Source: an uncultured delta proteobacterium
Lineage (GTDB): Bacteria > Desulfobacterota > WTBG01 > CAIYCZ01 > CAIRTM01
Direction of reading: 5' to 3'
Assembly (NCBI GenBank): GCA_903881505.1
Contig: CAIRTM010000091.1
Span: forward strand, 2,281-66,280
DNA length: 64,000 nucleotides
Shown: positions 58,054 to 64,000 of the stretch, piece by piece
Numbering within the stretch: position 1 is the stretch's first letter
Layout of the letters: each line of letters begins with the position of its first letter
Made by a program: the position numbers and the translations under genes
Notes under the pieces: generated by a model
What the model was told of the DNA's origin: nothing
The model's input: the letters and a program-made list of their open reading frames with translations, nothing else
Database searches by the model: none

Positions 58054-59263
58054 GGCACAGCTCCAGCACATCGGGAAACGGTTCCAGCGAGCGCTCAAGA
58101 ACGCCCAGGCACTTGGCGATTGCCAGTCCATAGTTGGTTACCGGCACGCCGGCCTGGCGGCATTTTTCAAGCCTGCGCAGCACGGCTTTGCGTGTGTGCA
58201 TGCACGCTCCGCAGTGGATCACCAGGCGGTAGTCAGCAAGGTCTTCAGGAAAATCATGCCCGGCAGCCGTTGTAAAGCGCAGAGGCGCCCCGGTGTAGCG
58301 CTCAAGCCAGCGCGGCAGTTTCACCCGGCCGATGTCGTCTTCAATCGGGTGATGCGTGCACGACTCGGCAATCAGCACCCGGTCGCCTTCGCGCAGCCGG
58401 TCGATGGCCCGTGTGCCCTGCACCAGCGTAGCGAGATCGGCTTTGTACCGGGCGAACAGTATCGAAAAGCCGGTCAGCATGCTCTGCGGCGGCGCCAGGG
58501 CTGCAACCTGCTCGAATGCCTGTGAATCGGTAATGATAAGGGGGGGCGGCTCTTTCAACCGGATAATCGCCTGTTCGAGTTCATGCTCGCGCACCACAAG
58601 GGCGCAGCGGCCGTTATCCAGAAGGTCGCGGATGGTCTGCACCTGCGGCAAAATCAGGCGTCCGCGCGGGGCTTCGCGGTCGATCGGCACCACCAGCACG
58701 GCAATGTCTCCGGGTGAGATCAGGTCGGCGGCAATGCAGGCTGTTTCAAGACAGCCCTCGGGCGCGTGTTCAATCAGCGCGTCCTTCAGGGCGTCGGTGC
58801 CGTGCGCCTGAACCGTGCTCGTGAAAACAAGCGGTATATCATCCGGAAATTCCGCAGGAGGTTTGGGCTCGCCGCAGAGGTCCTGCTTGTTATGGGCCGC
58901 AATAACAGGCACGGCGCGCGCCTTCAGCTCGGCGGCGAGCTGCCGTTCAAAGGCGCCCCATATCCCGTCGCAGGTTATGATCACGCCCAGGTCGACCCGG
59001 TCGAGGCATGAGCGTGTTTTGCGGTTGCGCAGCTCTCCCAGCGCGCCGCTGTCATCGATGCCGGCCGTGTCGATAAACACAACCGGGCCCAGCGGCAGCA
59101 GCTCCATGGGCTTTTCAACCGGGTCCGTGGTCGTGCCGGCATGCGGCGATACGATGGAGATCTGCTGACCGCACAGGGCGTTCAGGACGCTTGATTTGCC
59201 CACATTGCGGCGGCCGAACATGCCGATATGCAGGCGCATGCTTTTGGGTGCGGAAAGAGACAT
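58043..59263 (-). CDS. hydF: [FeFe]-hydrogenase maturation GTPase HydF
   Basis: GRRNVGKSS, DTAG, NKQD, ESCTHH, HCGAC, TNYG. Confidence 0.95.
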   Translation of the reverse strand: MSLSAPKSMRLHIGMFGRRNVGKSSVLNALCGQQISIVSPHAGTTTDPVEKPMELLPLGPVVFIDTAGIDDSGALGELRNRKTRSCLDRVDLGVIITCDGIWGAFERQLAAELKARAVPVIAAHNKQDLCGEPKPPAEFPDDIPLVFTSTVQAHGTDALKDALIEHAPEGCLETACIAADLISPGDIAVLVVPIDREAPRGRLILPQVQTIRDLLDNGRCALVVREHELEQAIIRLKEPPPLIITDSQAFEQVAALAPPQSMLTGFSILFARYKADLATLVQGTRAIDRLREGDRVLIAESCTHHPIEDDIGRVKLPRWLERYTGAPLRFTTAAGHDFPEDLADYRLVIHCGACMHTRKAVLRRLEKCRQAGVPVTNYGLAIAKCLGVLERSLEPFPDVLELCRGS

Positions 59264-59283
59264 AATAATTGTTCAGCGGTATA

Positions 59284-59355
59284 ATCCGTATCGAAATCGC
59301 TATAGGGATCGTTTTTTCTAAAAACCACGGTCCCGATACCGAACCCGATCCCGAT
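59284..59355. repeat. Inverted ATCGNN hexamer-periodic hairpin between hydG and hydF
   Basis: ATCCGT ATCGAA ATCGCT ATAGGG ATCG faces an arm whose reverse complement is ATCGGG ATCGGG TTCGGT ATCGGG ACCG. Confidence 0.65.
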
Positions 59356-59417
59356 AACAAAGCTGTAGTTCCAATTTTAACCTGCGCATCCCGGCTTTGG
59401 ACAGGGATGCGTTCGTA

Positions 59418-60794
59418 TCAGCAATACACATCTGTTTCACCCGCGGCAATGCGCTCGAGCAGGCCGCGGGCTATTGAGCGCACAGAGCTGTCAAGCGCCA
59501 GCAGATGCTGCGCGATCAGCGCCCGGCCGGTCCGGCGGGTTTCTTCAGAGGCAAACCGGTCAAGGTATTCCTGAAACGTGGCGAGCGCATTTGGATCACA
59601 GTGTGATTTAATCGCTCCGGGCCTGGCCAGATCCATGAAATCGCGGCCCGTGCGGCCCAGGCGGTAGCAGGCCGTGCAAAACGAGGGGATGTAGCCCAGA
59701 TGAGCAATGTCGCGGATGACTTCATCAAGGCTGCGGTGATCGCCCAGGCTGAACTGGCCGCTGTTCTCGTCGTCGCCGTGCCCGTAGCCACCGGGCGTTG
59801 TGCGGCTGCCGGCAGAAATCTGGGATACACCCAGAGCAAAAGCGGCACGCCGGACCTCGGGTGTTTCGCGTGTTGACAGGATAATGCCGGTGTAGGGAAC
59901 GGCCAGGCGCAGAATCGCGATCAATTTTAAAAAATCATCATCAGATACCGCGGCCGGGGGATGCGTTGCCAGCGCGGAGCCGGAGGCGGGCTCAAGGCGC
60001 GGCACGCTGATGGTGTGCGGCCCGGCCCCGAATGTTTTCTCGAGCTCGCGAGCGTGCTGCAGCAGGGCCAGCAGCTCAAAGCGCCAGTCATGCAGGCCGA
60101 ACAGGGCGCCGATGCCCACGTCATTGATGCCGGCCTGCATGGCGCGGTGCATGGTCATCAAACGGCGCAGGTAATCGGCTTTCGGGCCGGCCGGGTGCAT
60201 GCGCGCGTATGTTTGCGGATGATACGTCTCTTGAAACAGCTGATACGTGCCGATGCGGCTTGCGGCGAGCTGCCGGAATTCGTCCGTCTCAAGCGGAGCG
60301 ATGTTGACGTTCACGCGCCGGATTTCGCGGTCCGCTTCACGGCATTCGTATATGGTAGCGATTGCATCAAGAATATAGCTCAGGGAGTCCGGGCCTGCAT
60401 GCTCCCCGGCGACCAGCAGCAGCCGCTTATGGCCGGCTGCTGTCAGGCAGCGCACCTCATCGGCGATCTGCTCCTGCGACAGGCTCATCCGGTGCATGTC
60501 CGCATTTGCGCTGCGGAACCCGCAGTACAGGCATTCATTCTGACAGCGGTTGGAAATATACAGCGGAGCAAAAAGCACCAGCCGTTTTCCGTAAATGGTT
60601 TCCTTGACCGCGCGCGCGGCTGCAAAGAGTTCCCCGAGAAGCTGCGGATCGGTCACGCGGCTCAGCAGCGCGGCCTGCTCCGGCTCCAGTCCCTGCAGCG
60701 TTCGCGCCCGGGCAAGCGCGTCGCGCACCGGGCCGGGATCGGGAGACGGCTGAGCAAGGGCTGACTGGATCTGATGAATGTTAATGAAAGACAT
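59418..60794 (-). CDS. hydG: [FeFe]-hydrogenase maturase HydG
   Basis: APLYISNRCQNECLYC, FQETYH, C-terminal SFCTACYR...C second cluster motif (absent in ThiH). Confidence 0.94.
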   Translation of the reverse strand: MSFINIHQIQSALAQPSPDPGPVRDALARARTLQGLEPEQAALLSRVTDPQLLGELFAAARAVKETIYGKRLVLFAPLYISNRCQNECLYCGFRSANADMHRMSLSQEQIADEVRCLTAAGHKRLLLVAGEHAGPDSLSYILDAIATIYECREADREIRRVNVNIAPLETDEFRQLAASRIGTYQLFQETYHPQTYARMHPAGPKADYLRRLMTMHRAMQAGINDVGIGALFGLHDWRFELLALLQHARELEKTFGAGPHTISVPRLEPASGSALATHPPAAVSDDDFLKLIAILRLAVPYTGIILSTRETPEVRRAAFALGVSQISAGSRTTPGGYGHGDDENSGQFSLGDHRSLDEVIRDIAHLGYIPSFCTACYRLGRTGRDFMDLARPGAIKSHCDPNALATFQEYLDRFASEETRRTGRALIAQHLLALDSSVRSIARGLLERIAAGETDVYC

Positions 60795-61064
60795 GCCTGT
60801 TCCGGATGAAAAAGCGGGGCGCGTTCGTTGTCATATGCCGTGGATTACAGCGCTCAGTGTAAGGCAGGCAGTTCGTTCGTCTGTATCTAATAATATGGGC
60901 GCTGAAAAACCTGTCAAGCGAATTCTGTTGCAGCGGGTTTTCCGTGACACGGCCGGATTTTCATTTTTGGCCTTGCTTTTCGATATAAAAAAAAACTAAG
61001 ATTTAACCATGATACCAAAAAACGCACGGGGCAGTGATATCCTTATTTGCGAAGGAGTATTTCC

Positions 61065-62336
61065 ATGGCACAGCAGTTAACCGTTGAGCAGGTAACGCCG
61101 TTTCTGGCGCGGATGAAAAAACGCGACCTCAAAGTCGCCGTACTGCATTCAGGCGGCCCTGCGCCCGGCGCCAACCGTGTGATTGCCGGGGCGGCCAAGC
61201 AGTTCATCGACCGGAAAATACCGGTTATCGGCTTTATCAACGGCTATGAATTCATCCAGCTGCTGCCGCCGCAGGATCTGCGCCCCGGGCGGCATTTTAT
61301 TGAAATCGATGAAGAGACCATATCGCACGGCCTTGATTCAAACACGCTGATTATACGAACCGCGCGCGCCAATCCCGCAAAAGACATTGCCGCCCAGGGT
61401 GACCTGAATGACCCGAAGAAAACTGCCGCGATCAACCGGATTTTGGACATATTCGAATACATGCGCATCGGCGCCCTGATCTCGATCGGCGGCGATGATA
61501 CCCTGAAAACCGCAAATTTTATTTATGAAATCGCGCGCCGACGCTCGCAGGAGAATCCGGACGCGGTCTTTGACAGCGCGATCGTGCATGTGCCCAAAAC
61601 GATTGACAACGATTATTACGGCATTCCCTGGACGTTCGGCTACTTTACCGCTGCCGAGGCTGCCGGCCGGATCGTGCGAGGCCTGTATGATGATGCCAGA
61701 GCGACTAACTGCTACCATGTGACTGAACTGATGGGACGCAAGGCCGGCTGGTACACCGCGGCCGCGAGCATATATGCGCGCGGCACCAGGGCCGTCATAC
61801 CGGAAGAATATGAAAACCGGCCGTTCAGCCTGCCGGAGCTGGCGGAAACGCTGCTGCAGATCGTGCTGCGCCGCGAAGAAAAGGGCAAGGCATACGGCGT
61901 GTTCTGCATTGCCGAAGGCATTGCCGACCTGCTGCCCAAAGAGGAAAAACAGGACATAGAGCGCGACCGCTTCGGCAACATACGCCTGGCCGAGGCCAAG
62001 ATCGGCGACCGGGTTGCGCGGGAGCTTGAAGCGCGCTACAGGCAGGCAACCGGCAGGAAAAAGAGCTTCAAGCCGCAGATCGTGGGTTATGAAACCCGGC
62101 AGCTTTCCCCCTCCCTGTACGATGCGCTGCTCACCTCGCAGCTCGGGGTCGGGGCCTACCGGCTGCTGGCCCAGGGGCGCTTCGGCGAGATGGTTACGGT
62201 GTGCGACAACCTTGAAATCGACGGGATTCCGTTCAGCCAGCTGATCGATCCGGAAACCCTGAAGGTGCGCAACCGCAATATCGATATTCGGGGGGATTTC
62301 TACAACCTGCTGCGCTCGCTTGAGCGCAATTATTAA
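61065..62336 (+). CDS. 6-phosphofructokinase, likely PPi-dependent
   Basis: GGPAPG, GGDDT, PKTIDND, MGR. Confidence 0.88.
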   Translation: MAQQLTVEQVTPFLARMKKRDLKVAVLHSGGPAPGANRVIAGAAKQFIDRKIPVIGFINGYEFIQLLPPQDLRPGRHFIEIDEETISHGLDSNTLIIRTARANPAKDIAAQGDLNDPKKTAAINRILDIFEYMRIGALISIGGDDTLKTANFIYEIARRRSQENPDAVFDSAIVHVPKTIDNDYYGIPWTFGYFTAAEAAGRIVRGLYDDARATNCYHVTELMGRKAGWYTAAASIYARGTRAVIPEEYENRPFSLPELAETLLQIVLRREEKGKAYGVFCIAEGIADLLPKEEKQDIERDRFGNIRLAEAKIGDRVARELEARYRQATGRKKSFKPQIVGYETRQLSPSLYDALLTSQLGVGAYRLLAQGRFGEMVTVCDNLEIDGIPFSQLIDPETLKVRNRNIDIRGDFYNLLRSLERNY

Positions 62337-62500
62337 CAGGCGTGATGTTGAGACGAGTTTATTTTTGTTCACAGTGCCGCCCTTCTTGCGGCACTGTGGC
62401 GCCTGCAGCCATGCGCCCCGCAAGACACGCGCAATGAGGAGGGCTGTGCGTACATCCGGCCTGGCAATACTGTGCGCATTATTTAGGAAGGCAGTCAGCA

Positions 62501-63433
62501 ATGATCCTGATTACAGGCGCCGAAGGCCATATCGGGAAAAGAATGCTGGCCAGAGGTATCAAGAAGGGCATTGACTGCATGGGTATCGATTGCGCCAGCA
62601 GCGGCCTGTTTCCTGAAAAGGTCGTGCGCGCCATGGATATCCGCGATCCCTCCCTGGGGGACTTGATTGAAAAAAACGGCGTTGACTCCATCATCCATCT
62701 TGCCTTTTGCACCAAGCCGAAAATTGATGACAAAGCGCGCGATTCCATTGACCTGGCAGGCTCCCAAAACATAGCGGACTGCGCCGTACGGCACGGGGTG
62801 AAGAACATAGTGTTCGCGAGCAGCGGAAGGGTGTACGGGGACCGTAAAAAGCCCGGAGGATTGTATGACCGCTTCGGAAATTACCTTAACCCGGCCGATG
62901 ATCGTTATGCCCGCAACAAGATTAAGGCTGAGGCCATATTTCTCAATGCGGCTGATGAACACGGGATCAGGGCTGCCGTGCTCAGGCTTGGCATTGTCTG
63001 CTGGCGGGGCGGGGGGGCAGGCATGGGCGACATGCTCAAGGCAGCCTCCAGAACCGGCCGCTTCATAACCCTGGGCAATCACAACCCCCCGATACAGCTG
63101 GTGCACGTGGATGACGTTATTGATGCCTGTTTCAGCGCGATCGGGAAAAGCGGCATTTTCGACATCGCCTGCGCGCAAAGCATGCTGCTTGAGGAGATGT
63201 TCAGAGAAGCAGCCCGGCTCGGCGGCAAAAAACCTTCACGCCTTAAGCTCCCGGAGAAACTTACCCTGGGGCTTGTGAGCCTTCTGTGGCACGCCGGCCT
63301 GTGCCCCGTGCCGCCCCTGTATCTTAAAATGCTTGGGTACGATATCACCCGGGACATCTCTCCGACAGTTGCCCAGCTTGGCCGGCCGCAGTTTTCCCCG
63401 CACGCCATACTCAGCGAGATTGTTGAAGGTTGA
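62501..63433 (+). CDS. NAD-dependent epimerase/dehydratase family protein
   Basis: ILITGAEGHIG, IIHLA, YARNK, VHVDD. Confidence 0.85.
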   Translation: MILITGAEGHIGKRMLARGIKKGIDCMGIDCASSGLFPEKVVRAMDIRDPSLGDLIEKNGVDSIIHLAFCTKPKIDDKARDSIDLAGSQNIADCAVRHGVKNIVFASSGRVYGDRKKPGGLYDRFGNYLNPADDRYARNKIKAEAIFLNAADEHGIRAAVLRLGIVCWRGGGAGMGDMLKAASRTGRFITLGNHNPPIQLVHVDDVIDACFSAIGKSGIFDIACAQSMLLEEMFREAARLGGKKPSRLKLPEKLTLGLVSLLWHAGLCPVPPLYLKMLGYDITRDISPTVAQLGRPQFSPHAILSEIVEG

Positions 63434-63623
63434 CTCACTGGCAAAAAGTCCGGATGCCGCGTTGCTCCGCATCCTCAGCCAGTGCAGCGTAAATTCCGCC
63501 GCAACGTTCCGGGTGCGGTTACGCCGAAAGCGGGCAGGTAGATGTCCGCCGCTTTTTAGTAAACGAATATATAGAAAATTTATACCGGTACCCGAATTAA
63601 TAGACAATTAAATGGCGTTTATC

Positions 63624-63652
63624 TTGACACGTATAAAAAAATAGTATATAAG
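63624..63652 (+). promoter_or_regulatory. Sigma70 promoter upstream of the riboswitch leader
   Basis: TTGACA-N17-TATAAG. Confidence 0.65.
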
Positions 63653-63734
63653 GGTGTAGTAAATACAATAACGACGCGGTCTTTTTTGTAAATAAAACGA
63701 TAGCGCGGAGCCCGACGGGCTCTGCTGAGCATAT

Positions 63735-63842
63735 GTCATCTCCGAGTTGCGACGTTCTACGGGCTTGAAGCCTATGAAAGCGCGACCGACAGGGTTTGGC
63801 TTGAAAAGGCCAGGCCTCCCGTGCTGGGGAAGGAGAGATAAT
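63735..63842 (+). ncRNA. Moco RNA motif (molybdenum/tungsten cofactor riboswitch)
   Basis: CTCCGAG...CTACG-hairpin-TATG...AGGGT...GAAA tetraloop hairpin...GCCTCCCGTGCTGGGGAAGGAG matches my recollection of the MOCO_RNA_motif consensus. Located in a 5' leader before a terminator. Confidence 0.78.
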
Positions 63843-63860
63843 ACGGCTGCCTGTGCGCAC

Positions 63861-63896
63861 GCCGGTTACCTGCCTTTGCACGGAACCGGCTTTTTT
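63861..63896 (+). terminator. Intrinsic terminator, riboswitch expression platform
   Basis: GCCGGTT...AACCGGC followed by TTTTTT, between the aptamer and ATG 63915. Confidence 0.7.
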
Positions 63897-63914
63897 CGTT
63901 TTGGGAAGAAAAAA

Positions 63915-64000
63915 ATGAGCGCACTATACAGCACTATTCTTTTCTGCCTGTGCCTGCTGCTGCCCGCAGCGGCTTCTGCCGGCCCCCTTGCCGATCAGAA
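63915..64000 (+). CDS. Exported protein, N-terminus only (runs off the window)
   Basis: MSALYSTILFCLCLLLPAAASAGPLADQ is a Sec-type signal peptide ending ASA. Confidence 0.6.
   Translation, partial: MSALYSTILFCLCLLLPAAASAGPLADQ

Noticed and set aside
59418-60794. ThiH for this gene and BioB for 57007-58053
   Set aside because: The C-terminal Cys motif and the adjacent hydF identify them as HydG and HydE.

Overview
A GC-rich bacterial chromosome segment. Gene content (pilR/pilS/pilA, hydGFE, DmsAB-like molybdoenzyme, polyferredoxin) points to an anaerobic Desulfobacterota/deltaproteobacterium; that assignment is an inference. Most of the window is housekeeping or cell-envelope genes (comEC, rlmN, purB, gmhB, dgt, RNase E/G, gpmI, pfk). 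The clearest accessory structure is an AT-rich integron at about 9990-13292. It has a frameshifted, truncated intI remnant, a divergent attI crossover at 10255/10256, and six cassettes encoding small uncharacterised, mostly membrane proteins. Five full-length attC sites of one family separate the cassettes, and each R'' box complements the start of its own cassette. The array ends in a decayed tail next to an orphan HisF2/WbuZ-like gene. A second notable block is a sigma54/PilR-driven type IV pilin locus (26100-41308). It carries an O-oligosaccharyltransferase-like gene, a GT4, a radical SAM enzyme, three further GT-C-type membrane proteins and an AsnB-type amidotransferase. Also present: a Moco-type riboswitch with terminator at the right edge, hydGFE without hydA, a secreted chlorophyllase-like hydrolase, and several small palindromic repeats. 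No rRNA, tRNA or CRISPR array was seen. All calls come from reading the sequence and recalled family motifs; no searches were run.
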